A stretch of 64,000 nucleotides of DNA, taken from Raillietiella orientalis (Eukaryota). This document shows, piece after piece, positions 27,575 to 37,607 of the stretch (its first letter is position 1; each line of letters starts with the position of its first letter). A program made the translations under genes and the position numbers. The DNA is taken from the NCBI GenBank assembly GCA_036172245.1, contig JAYWIR010000001.1, positions 3,782,001 to 3,846,000 on the forward strand. Direction: 5' to 3'. Below the pieces are notes generated by a model. The model was not told where the DNA came from and did not search any database. It saw only the letters and a program-made list of their open reading frames with translations.

Positions 27575-28262
27575 GCCTAAGGGGCTCGTAAGGTTCTTTA
27601 AACAAGGTCGTGCCACCCTGAGGATGCGTGTAGTTCAGCCAGGGCGAATCCTCGGAGGGACCACCCGAATAATACCAGGAGGACTCCGAAAATGGAGTCC
27701 ATTTCTCTTTACTCTTGGAAGGGAACCCTCTTCCTGGTTGTCTCCAGAGGAATCTCCAAGGAAGCTGCTCCTGATTTCTTCACAGAAAGTAACCCTCAAG
27801 AGAAGCGTTTCTGGTCGAACCTCTGAAGAGAATCCCGAAGGGAACGCACTGGAGAGAAACTCCTGGAGAACCGAACCCCAAGGCACTATGGAAGACGGTT
27901 CCATGATACGAGCTGGAGGGAAACCGCGAAGCTGCCTGACTCCTGGAAGGACGCCGGAGGGTCTACTTTCGACCCGAAATGTCTCCGGGGTTGTCCTGTC
28001 TCCAATACTCGTAAGCACGGAAAGGCAGGTGGAGGACAGAAAGACCGGTGGAGAGGGCAGGATGTGGGGATCACAGCGCCTGCAACATCCGAAGTAGCAA
28101 TTTGCGATCCAACCAGCATCCTGCAGGAGGAGGACTCGAAACCACGGCGCAACCCGTTGTCAGCGTTGATCCTCCACGGGCAGATTCGAACCCGCAACGC
28201 TCGGTAGCGCGCGCGCGCGGAAGCCGCGGCTACATGGCTGCCAACGCAGGCCATACGGCTAA
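27575..28262 (-). repeat. tRNA-headed (SINE-like) dispersed repeat, most complete copy
   Basis: Minus strand begins gccgtatggcctgcgttgg (A-box-like) ... gcgggttcgaatc (B-box); body blocks shared with copies at 37.0, 49.5, 50.2 and 51.4 kb. Confidence 0.6.
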
Positions 28263-28299
28263 GATTTCCAGATTATGAATTCATACAGCAGCTGGACTA

Positions 28300-28490
28300 A
28301 ACTTGCTGGCTATAAGAAGGACGCCTGGAAGACGAGGCGGGGATCGAACGTGCCGCAGATGCAAGGAATGGGACGAGACGCTGCCCACAATCCTGAAGAA
28401 GCGATGCCGGCGGCATTCTCTCCTGTGCATGCGGCGGTATGGCACGATTGCTAACTGCATCGTAAAGGCAACACACCGAAGATGAGAAGC
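28300..28490 (+). mobile_element. CCHC zinc-knuckle fragment of an R2/NeSL-type element
   Basis: RTCRRCKEWDETLPTILKKRC...RRYGTIANCIVKA matches the CRxC...ETLxHIL..C...RH consensus. Confidence 0.75.
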
Positions 28491-28967
28491 CATCTCTTGA
28501 GGACGAAAAGTAGCAGACGTCGACTTGCATTTACTTTTAAATCTCCCTTACGAGGAAGAGATCGAGCCATAACTTCAGACGTGGGATCTTCCCTCCGAGA
28601 GCAACACAGGAGCGTTCAAACTGCCTCGGGGGAACGAGAAAAGCAAATATCGCAAAAATCTCTCTCCAGATGTCCTGCGAAGGGATCACGACGTCGCTAC
28701 TCGCAATCTTGGCAGGATCTCCGTGATTGCGCGGCCAGCCAACGATCAAACAATCGGAGATCCGAAAATCCCCCGATGCTCCGCTAAGTCCACGAGCAAA
28801 TTTATGGTCTCCTCTGGCAACCAACGTAGTGGAAGCACCCACGAGACGCGGTGCCTTAACTACGTTGCTACACTGCGCACATCTTCCTGCAGTGAGATTG
28901 GAGACCCGGAGATTCCTGCGGCACTCGCGAAGAGCTCCAATCCTCTGAAGCAGCAGAACTCGGTAAT

Positions 28968-28990
28968 GCTGCTGCTGCTGCTGCTGCTGC
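28968..28990 (+). repeat. (GCT)n microsatellite
   Basis: Uninterrupted gctgctgct run. Confidence 0.85.
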
Positions 28991-30203
28991 ATCAGGACCT
29001 CCTGCGGAATTTCCGCCCCCGTCAACGTCGCTTGGTGACGTCTTGGTAATTATTTTCCGAAGAAGAAAAATAAGCAACCAGCCAACGCAGGGACCAGCGA
29101 GACCCCGGGTGAGTCCAAGAAGGAGGACGCCGCCTGAATGGGAAATAGGAGTGACCACTCCCACGAAATTCTACATGGACGCAGGGCATGAGCGTCGGAT
29201 CCAGAAGGGAGGAGACCGTGGATGCGTTCATCGATGTGAGTGAGTCTGATCGCAGTCGCCGGTTCCCGTCGCGTCCTAGACGGGTCCATTTCATCTTGCT
29301 CCTCACTCAGGAGGTGACGGTTGCAAGCGGCCCTCTGTACGCGATGTACGGGGCAGCACCCTTCCTCCGTTTTGCTCGCCACCTCTGCTGTCTTAAGCAG
29401 CGAAGTATCTCCGGAGAGGAGGCAGCCAGGAGTCCTGGAGAAAAGTGGACATTCCTTAAAGCAGGTGCCGCAGAGCTGCGTCGAGGAGAGTTCCAAGATA
29501 GCTTCCGCCACTGCAGCAGCATCCGCTCTCGTCCAAGTTAGTGCGGGAGCTCCTGCACCTCCCAGGTATGACCCTTGGGATATTCCTCTCCCCGTTGGAT
29601 TTTGGGAGAGATGCGTTGGCAAGATGGCGGCTTGCTGGCCAACGTAGAGGGAGGAGTTGGTCAGTCGGTCCCGGACCTTGGAGCGTTCCCGGGGAATTCC
29701 GAGACACGTCCTTGTGAGGCCTCGGTGAGATCTTTCGGAGTGGTTTCTCTCCTACTGACCGAGGCGTTCCCTGCGATCCAACAGATCACCGCTCACGATG
29801 CAGGAGCATCCATCCCTTCTTCCAATCATCCACGCAGTAGGATGGTGTGCTCACCGGCCCTAAGCTGGGTTCTGGGGTGGGGGAGAGCATCTCCCGGAAT
29901 CTTGAAGTAGGGAAGTTTTTTCCAGCAGGCTGGTTGCGCTGCCGGGAAAGGTTGGACTTCTTAGACAGCCGGACGTACCTGATTATTCTAGTCGCCAGTC
30001 GGTCCTCTCAATCCAGCAGCAGGAGAGCCAATCGTAACACCCCAGCAGAGATGGAATCGTAGCAGAAACCTTGCCCACGCAGCTTTGATTACGTGGGGAG
30101 GAAAGCGCCAATCCTCCTCATTTTGCTGCATCTCACTTGAGAATGAGCAAAGAGAGTGACATTGAGTGTTCCACATGCCCATCATTCGAACCAGTCTCCA
30201 GAG

Positions 30204-31074
30204 CGATGCCTGCATCTGAACTCTTCCCTTGAAGATCAAGTCCCGACCCACACCCTAGCCAACGAGGGACCAGAATCTTCAGACATATCTGTGATCTCGC
30301 GGCACATCACATGGCTTGCCTAGCTAAATCAGACAACTGACGGCGCATCCGACAGCCCCCTGGAACGATAACAGAAAGGGACCGCGAAAGCGCCTCGACC
30401 AAGACGTTCCACCCGATCGCCCTCTCGGAGAGCAGCACTTCCCTGTCGTCAAAGGGAACGTCGCACCTTTTCCGCTCAGGCGCTGCACACGCCCCTCGAG
30501 AAGAACGAACCCACGCAAGTGAACGACCCGCTCACAAGAACTCCCACGAAAGGACAGTACCCATCCATCGAAGAACCAAATCTCACAGTTTCCGGCTTTG
30601 TCTCGCTCATCCGACCTCCACATCCCTAACAGTGAGCTCCAAAAACACTTCGTTGCTAGGGTCCGCGCAGGAGACAGGAGGAGCAAGTCCGCACAATAGG
30701 GCCGCTAGGCCAGCAGTGGCGTTGGAGTTCCATGGGCTCGAGTGCGTCGGTACGCGTCCGGCATCGATTCCAAAAACTGAAGGGTGTCGGGAGCAAGCTG
30801 TCCCCCCCTCCGAATTCCCCTGCTGACGTCCGCGTCTTCGGAGAGCAGGCTAGCTACGACTCTTCGCGCCACTAGAGCAGGTAGCTGAAGAGGTTGGTCG
30901 GTAGTCTCAGTCGTTCCAGCGGTCAGAGAGGCAGCTCCTGTCGACCGCAACATTGAGTGCTCCGTTCTTGCGTGCCGCTCCGCGCAAACCCCTCCCAACA
31001 GCATTACGGTCTCTTGGGAGGCGACCGAGCAGCTTGCCAACAGAACTTCCTTCCGGGATCGAGGAGGTATCTTC
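30204..31074. repeat. Arm B of the ~0.87 kb inverted duplication (Tx1-type RT, minus strand)
   Basis: Reverse complement of 17298-18168. Confidence 0.95.
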
Positions 31075-31118
31075 GGGGATCGCGGCGGATCCCCGCCGCG
31101 AGCTCCCCACGATCAACC

Positions 31119-32400
31119 CTCTATCGGAGGGCTCAGGACATGAACTGCACCAGGCGCTAATGGGTTGGCTGTCTTCGAAGCTTTCATGCACTCTTTGCGG
31201 AAGAACTAGTACTCTTGATCCTGAACTACGGAGAGGCAGGCCAGGTGCCAGCCTCTTCGAAAGCATCCAGTCTTCTCTCCGGAAAGTGTAGTGCCGTGAA
31301 CGCAGCTGCGTGTCCGTGTTGGGGAGAATGCGGACGTCAGATGCTGTCCACGGTTCGTAGCGCGCGACTCGGACAAGCAATGAGATCCTCAGCAAGTCCG
31401 GAAGATACCTCCTCGGTCCCGGAAGGAAGTTCTGTTGGCAAGCTGCTCGGTCTCCTCCAAAAAGACCGTAATGCTGTTCGAAGGGTATAGTTTTCAACTA
31501 GCAATAAGCGCGCCTCCCTTTCGTTCAGGGGCGGCGCTACTGCCCGTGAGCAAGGTTGTAGTATCAAAGTGTAGTATCTATTTGAGGGGTTCGCGCGGCG
31601 TGACACGCAAGAACGGCACACACAGCATCGCAGTTGACCTGCAAGAAAGACTGTGGACTGAGTTGATCAGAAGCTGCTCTCCTCGGCCGAAGCTTCCTGA
31701 GATGAAGTGGTCATGGTGTGGTCCTTGGCACCTTTGGAGGCTGTTCCTAGGACAGCGAGCTGCTGGGGATGTCTCTCGGCTGCATGGTGAACAGGAGGAG
31801 TTCGAGGTTTTATTTCAGAGTGCTTCGTGGTTGGCGCATTCTTTTGACCCGCTATTTGGGCTGTCTTCCAGATGTACAATGATGAGCGGAGTTTTCTTAA
31901 CTTTTGGAACTATAAGAACCGAGTTCGACGGCGCGGATCGTGACACCTAGAAGCTCACGATCGATTAGCGTCGACATATCCTTGATTGAGACATTTCTTG
32001 CTCAGGACAGTGCATTCCTTTCCTGATGGCTTCCAGAGCTGTTGTGTGCTTCTTTGTCCTAGGTGAGTGCTGGGTTGTCCGAATCCGACACCATGGTGTG
32101 GGAGTGCGCACCGAGGGAAGGGCATGCCAGGAGACGCTGTGATGCGCAGAATGGTCAGTAAACTGGGATATTCGTCCGAATTGAAACTTCAGAGACCCTG
32201 TCTGCCACCAAGAACGCAGTGGAAGGATTCCGAGTTAGCATCACTCGAACCCACGCGCGATGTAGCAGAAGCAACACCAGTCGATCGATTTCTGCTGTTC
32301 TCAGCAACGGAGTCGTCTAGAGGACAGCATCCAGCTTTCGATCCCATATGAGTGAAGTTTTCCGTGGGTCTAATAGAGCATTCATGGGTTTCTTGCACTT
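31119..32400 (+). mobile_element. Diverged Tx1/L1-type RT copy; 31119-31478 is a direct repeat of 17019-17375
   Basis: Near-identical PASSKASSLLSGKCSAVNAAACPCWGECGRQML; later CGPWHLWRLF (GCPLS-like). Confidence 0.6.
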
Positions 32401-32491
32401 GCTCCCTTCGACGTGAGTCTCTCCTCTTCCTGGAGGCTCTTCGTGCATGATACGTCCCTCTTCTCCGCTCAGCTGAAGTGCCGATTTCCGG

Positions 32492-32735
32492 TCATTCCGG
32501 TCTTCTGACGTAACCAAACTTCCAATTAAACCAATTGCTGTACACACGCCTCCTTTCTTTCCTCCACCTTCCCACCCTCCTTTTCCCCTTACGTTCCGAC
32601 CTCCTCCTTACTCTCCTTCTGTTCGCCAACATTCCACCCACTGTCAATCTCCTCTTCCTAGAGCGAACTGGTACCCCCTCTACCTTCGGCAGCTTTGACT
32701 GCCTACTGACCCATTGTTGGACCCCCCTTCCTCTT
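32492..32735 (-). pseudogene. Arg-rich N-terminus of a putative CRESS-virus capsid protein (truncated)
   Basis: Open frame ...VPVRSRKRRLTVGGMLANRRRVRRRSERKGKRRVGRWRKERRRVYSNWFNWKFGYVRRPE* (ATG at 32632), divergent from Rep across the origin; too short for the ORF track. Confidence 0.65.
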
Positions 32736-32938
32736 TAATCCTTCACACTCAAGTGCGCGTTCCTCTCAGTTCTTCACGCTCAGCTGCGTATACCATCCGA
32801 GTCCTTCACGACTTACACACAAGCCACTAGTCCTTCACAGACGCCACGTGCGTCACAAAAACATATCTAGACATACTGCGCAGCTTTAAACGCTCAATTC
32901 TTACCATACAGTATTTCCTATATAAAAAAAACACGTGC

Positions 32939-32975
32939 ATGGCCAGATGGGCAATACTATTTACCATCTGGCCAT
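32939..32975 (-). promoter_or_regulatory. CRESS-virus rolling-circle origin stem-loop with nonanucleotide TAGTATTGC
   Basis: Perfect 12-bp stem atggccagatgg/ccatctggccat; 13-nt loop reads TAAATAGTATTGC on the minus strand, one mismatch from TAGTATTAC; ends 60 nt before the Rep ATG. Confidence 0.9.
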
Positions 32976-33034
32976 CCTGTTCCCATATATATACTCACCT
33001 CTTATACACGCATCTTTCAGTTCTACCTTCAGAC

Positions 33035-33954
33035 ATGCCTTATGCTGGATACAACAACTGGGGTTTCACCGTTAATAACTGGGACCACGATGAACTCTCC
33101 AGCATCAAGCAGTGGTGCCGTCTCCACGCATCCTTCGCAATCATCGCGAAGGCGGAAGAAACCACTGGAACACCGCATCTCCAAGGGTTTATGCAGTTGC
33201 ATGAACCTAGGACCTTGCCGCAAGTGTGAAGACCGCCTTTCTCTCGAGCTCACCTCGAAGCTGCTAAAGGTTCCGCTGATTCAAACATGGCTTATTGCCA
33301 GAAACAAGATCCCCCATCCGTGGGCTTTCGGTGCCATCGACCCTAGTCCAGAATCCGACAGCTATCCGCAAAAGGTAAGTCTCAATCATACTACCATCTA
33401 GACATTCCTTTATTCCAGATACTTCGACTCGTACAGTCTGGCAAATCAGAATAATATATTTTGGGACATCACACTCAATTTTATTCGAAAAACATCCAAT
33501 CCATCAAGAAGTGCTTTCGTCTCCACAGAGCTAAACACCACAGGAATCCTATGCAAGCCCTCAGGCTTCAAGAATGGCAGCATGATATTCTCGACATCTC
33601 TCCAAACCTCGTCATCCCAGAAAAGTTTACTAATTCACCGAAAAAAGAGGCAACTCAGGAAAAACCACTTTGGACAAATACCTCTTTCTTAAGAAAGACG
33701 CTATATATCTCCAGAGTTGCAAGAAAAGCGACGCGGCCCACTTTTACAACGGCGAGCCCATAACTATCGTGGACTTCACAAGAGATAACAAAGAAACCGT
33801 GCAATACGGTTTTATTGAATTCCTCGAGAACGGAATTATTTTCGATCTTAAGTACTAAGGCTCCATTAGGTACTTTGAAACCCCCCATGTCATCGTCTTC
33901 GCAAACTGGGACCCCGATCCACAAAAGATGCTCACCGAGAGATGGAAGGCCTGA
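33035..33954 (+). pseudogene. rep: Endogenous CRESS-DNA virus replication-initiator protein (HUH endonuclease plus SF3 helicase), pseudogenised
   Basis: Motif I FTVNN, motif II TPHLQG, RAHLEAAKG, motif III YCQK, LQEWQ, Walker A GNSGKT, Walker B IVDF, motif C PHVIVFAN, ERW; several stops and frameshifts. Confidence 0.96.
33375..33418 (+). other. Putative 44-nt phase-0 spliceosomal intron in the viral Rep
   Basis: AAG|GTAAGT...TTTATTCCAG|ATA; removal joins PHPWAFG...SYPQK in frame to ILRLVQSGKSE. Confidence 0.65.
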
Positions 33955-36900
33955 AGCGCAGACTTTGAAGGGGGAGGGAGAGAAAGGATGAGAATGGATC
34001 TGAGACAAATCACTACAGCTGCGGGTTTATTCGTCCAGAGTTCAACGGGAGTGCCATGTAGGCTTCCACGAACATCACGATGGGCTCCAATTCTTCCACG
34101 TCATTTGTTGAATTCTGGTAGTGGTCCTCATACACCAGAATCCAGAAGCCGTTCTGCATGGAGCTGCATTTGAGTTTTCATCCAGCCTGTGAACTGGATT
34201 TCTGTGGAGTTTTCCGGTGCCGTTGACCCAAGTCATCTGCCCCTGACCTCGGATCGCAGGAACCTCCATCAGCAACTTCCGACGAATCTGAACACGCCAG
34301 TGTACGGTGGATTGTGCCATTCCGCAATTCAGAGCACGCCGGGCTACATCGAACACCGTGCGAGCGAACTGGAACGCAGCACATGAAGCACACGAGTCTT
34401 GAAGTGATGACCTTCTACGGGAGCATCAGAGATGCTAAACTTCCGGTGCCGTTTGTTCTCCTCGTCTATATGAATACGATTTTTGTCCGCCTAGCCGGAC
34501 AGTTGGAAAGGTGGGATGTCCGGTCAAAGACGAAGTCAGCCGAGGCATGTACGCTCCACCAACGCGCACGCTCGTGCGCACCTTCAGGTTGCTCTCAGGG
34601 ACGTCAAGTTCATTTCTCTTTTCGCTATGTCACGCCAGGATGTTCATTTCATAAGAAAAAAACACGGAAAAACTTGCGAACCGCGTTGTCAAGGGATGCA
34701 AGCGAAAGTCCCTGGGGAGGTCGGACGAGCAGAGAGCCCGGAACGAAAGGTAGGGGGACAAGAAATAAAAAAAAAAAAGATAGGGATGGAGGGAACAAGC
34801 CGTTCCTTCTTCTCTACAGCCTTAGCAGGATATAGGTGAGCTGCTACAGCCTGGCGACTTCTTGGTGCAAGTGGACCACTTCGCTGCTGTCCTCGCAAAG
34901 ACGGCTGCTATGCGGGGTGACTTCCCGTTGTCGCGAGAGTCTATCTAGGGAGAAGCGAGCTGCCAGGACGGCGCGCACGCAACCCGACTTTGCGATCGCC
35001 GTTGCATGTAAAGAAGCGTCACAGCAAGAAGTCGCTCGTGGTGTCCTCCGATGCATCAGCGTTGAGGCCAGCCAGCCGCCACTACACTTTCTGGAGGGCA
35101 CAGCAATTCATCAACAGGTCTGGGAGCGATCTGATCGGCCTGCACCTGGAACAGTTCGAAGATGCGATCCTCCCGAAAACGAGGTATTTCGCACTGGAAA
35201 CCCCATCGCAGAAAGAGTTCCACCTGGTGCTTCCACCTGAGATGGAACACGCCAAGCATCCATGCAAAGGTCAGGGACTACTACTTCTGCGGGGAGGGGA
35301 CACAGCGAGTTCTCTCCACTGTAAAAGTCCCTTGGCCTGAGGGCGTCAACTAGCTCTCTGATCCTCCAGCTGCCTTGGAGTTCCGCCACTCTTGCAATGG
35401 TGTAAGAGAACTGTCCACTCTACCAGTCGGCTACAAGCATTGCTTGCCCTAAGGGCAGACAGCGCTGCAGCATAAGGTGTGATGGCCAGTATTCCTTTCT
35501 TTGGGCTGGGGATAAAGGAAAAGTGGGAGTTTTCTTTGCTTTCAAGATGTGACGATTGGATGTAGAAACGTTCTAGAGATGCCACTGAGGACAAGAATCT
35601 GACCGCCGTACAGTAGCAATGCATTAAAACTCTCGTTAATGTTTATGGACTTAAAGGCACATGAGGATTTTTTGGATAAATTCCGATGATTCTGCAAGTT
35701 CTGGTGTAACTACAGCAATGAAAGCCTTGTCTACAGTCGATGCTGAAGAACAGACGGATGCTGGTGCCCGATCATCTGATGTTAATGAAAACCTCATTAG
35801 TTTAGAGGGATTTCCTCCTCGGTGACTTTGCTGCGGTTGTCACATTGAACACCTTTCAGTGTTTCGACACCGCGTTCAGTCTGGAAGTGACGACTTTTCC
35901 AAGCCTTGCATGAACTTTGAACGCAGGAATTGATGGCTCGATAATTTTTTTTAATCTCACCACCCTTATCTTGCAAATTCTTCGAGCGCATCGTTTCGCC
36001 TTTACTTCTCCTCGTTTTCTGAATTTTCTTTCATGTTTCTATCTTTTAGAACTCTCTCCACGCCAGATTCGAGGTAATCCTCCCGAACAAGATCTGAACT
36101 TCTCTGAAAATTCTTAGATCTGCTTTTTTTTTTGTGATGATCTGTTCCATGTCTATGGGATTATTGATTATCATTGTCCTTCGTGCATCTTGAAATGCTG
36201 AGCGTGCTTGTTTTGCATACATTTTTCAACTTTGGTCCTGCAGTGCAGGCTCCTTCTCACTGCATTTCTTCCTCGATCTCCGAAACTTCATGAACGCAAA
36301 AAAAAGAAAAAAAAAGGAAAAAGAACTTTCCTGAATAATTCCATAGCCGGATTCAAGGATGTCGAGTAGATGGGTGTAGAAGTTGAGTAGAAGCGAGAGG
36401 ATTCTGAAACACGAAGAATGTGCAACGTAATCGCAACTTTGAAATCAAAGAAGCACTCCACGAATAAAAGAATTGATGTATCAGAAAGAGTGCTCTTGTG
36501 CAAAAAGAGGAACAGTCGTTCGTGGTATTCTATGCTTCGTCGTTTTACGTCTTGCGAAAACAGTAGATTTCCTTACAACATAAGGGGTACGAGCCCTATG
36601 GATTATACATGGATACTATGATAATATTTATGAAGGATGTGGAATGTATCTTGAAAACGAAAAGAAAAATTGTTTACTTATTATTTAACTTGAAGCAAAA
36701 TAAAAAAAAAAAAGCCTTTCCTCTACATGAATTGATCGGATTAGTACTAAAGTTCTCGTCGCTCAGCAACTCAACCTGCTTAGGTCCCATGATCGCATTC
36801 TTTTCAAAAACAGTTGAACCGGTATGCCCTACCACAAAATGAGGATTTACCCATAACGTCACACGGAGCTGACTGATGGCATTATGCGAGGATCTATGCC

Positions 36901-36994
36901 GTGTTTTCTTCGCCTTATACGAATCCAGGTTCTACGAGCCTTGTGGGTTGGTTACACACGGATAATATAATGGCACTTCTGCAAGATATAAAGC

Positions 36995-37210
36995 CGTCCC
37001 TTAAACGTATGCTTGATTCCTGGAAGGACCCGAAGGCCGACTCCCATTGTTCCGGCCTTCATCGGGGGTCTCCGGCTTAAACCACCACCGGTGCCACGCC
37101 CGAATGATGAGGCCAACCGGAGCCATTGCAGGAGAAACCCAACGACGCAGTGGCGTCAGTTTCTCCCGGAGTATTCGAACCCGCGACGCATGGTGTGAGG
37201 CTGTGGGTTG
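36995..37210 (-). repeat. Partial copy of the tRNA-headed repeat
   Basis: gcgtcgcgggttcgaatac B-box and ggtccttccaggaatcaag block. Confidence 0.6.
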
Positions 37211-37217
37211 CATCATT

Positions 37218-37607
37218 TCATTCTGGTGCCACGCGCGGAAGCCTTAACCACAAAGCCTCCGACGAGGGCTTAACAGACCCTTTCTTGTTGAAAAGACCAT
37301 GCCGCACCCCGGTCTGGCACAGACAAACCGTCATGAATTCCTCGAGATTTTCATCTGTCGGGGCTTCTTGGATTCGTGTTTGGACGATTCCATCCAGAGT
37401 TATCTTTGCAAGTTTACTTATCTCTTTGTCTGCAGACGTAAGCAGTTTGAAGCAGCTGTCCACGATGAAGGTATCGGACTCTTGAGCTAGCTTCATTAGT
37501 CCTAGGCAGCCTTTCGTTCTCTCCCCGTACAGATACTCGTTTGCTGCCCAGGATGGTAGGTGAAGGACCTTCTTTAACTTCTTCCTTATTTGTTCGTCGA
37601 CATAGGC
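37218..37607 (-). mobile_element. Utopia/NeSL-like non-LTR retrotransposon fragment (post-RT thumb region)
   Basis: Open frame VDEQIRKKLKKVLHLPSWAANEYLYGERTKGCLGLMKLAQESDTFIVDSCFKLLTSADKEI, matching the LP..A.NEYLYG...FKLLTS.D pattern I recall for Utopia elements. Confidence 0.7.

Noticed and set aside
32511-32532. SL1-like sequence ggtttaattggaagtttg on the minus strand
   Set aside because: Partial match inside the capsid-like frame (WFNWKFG), with no SL RNA donor or Sm site
32909-32917. Alternative nonanucleotide cagtatttc on the plus strand
   Set aside because: No flanking stem; the 32939-32975 hairpin is far better supported
33960-35340. Remainder of the capsid gene downstream of Rep
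   Set aside because: No recognisable capsid-like frame on the minus strand; the right boundary of the viral insert is undefined
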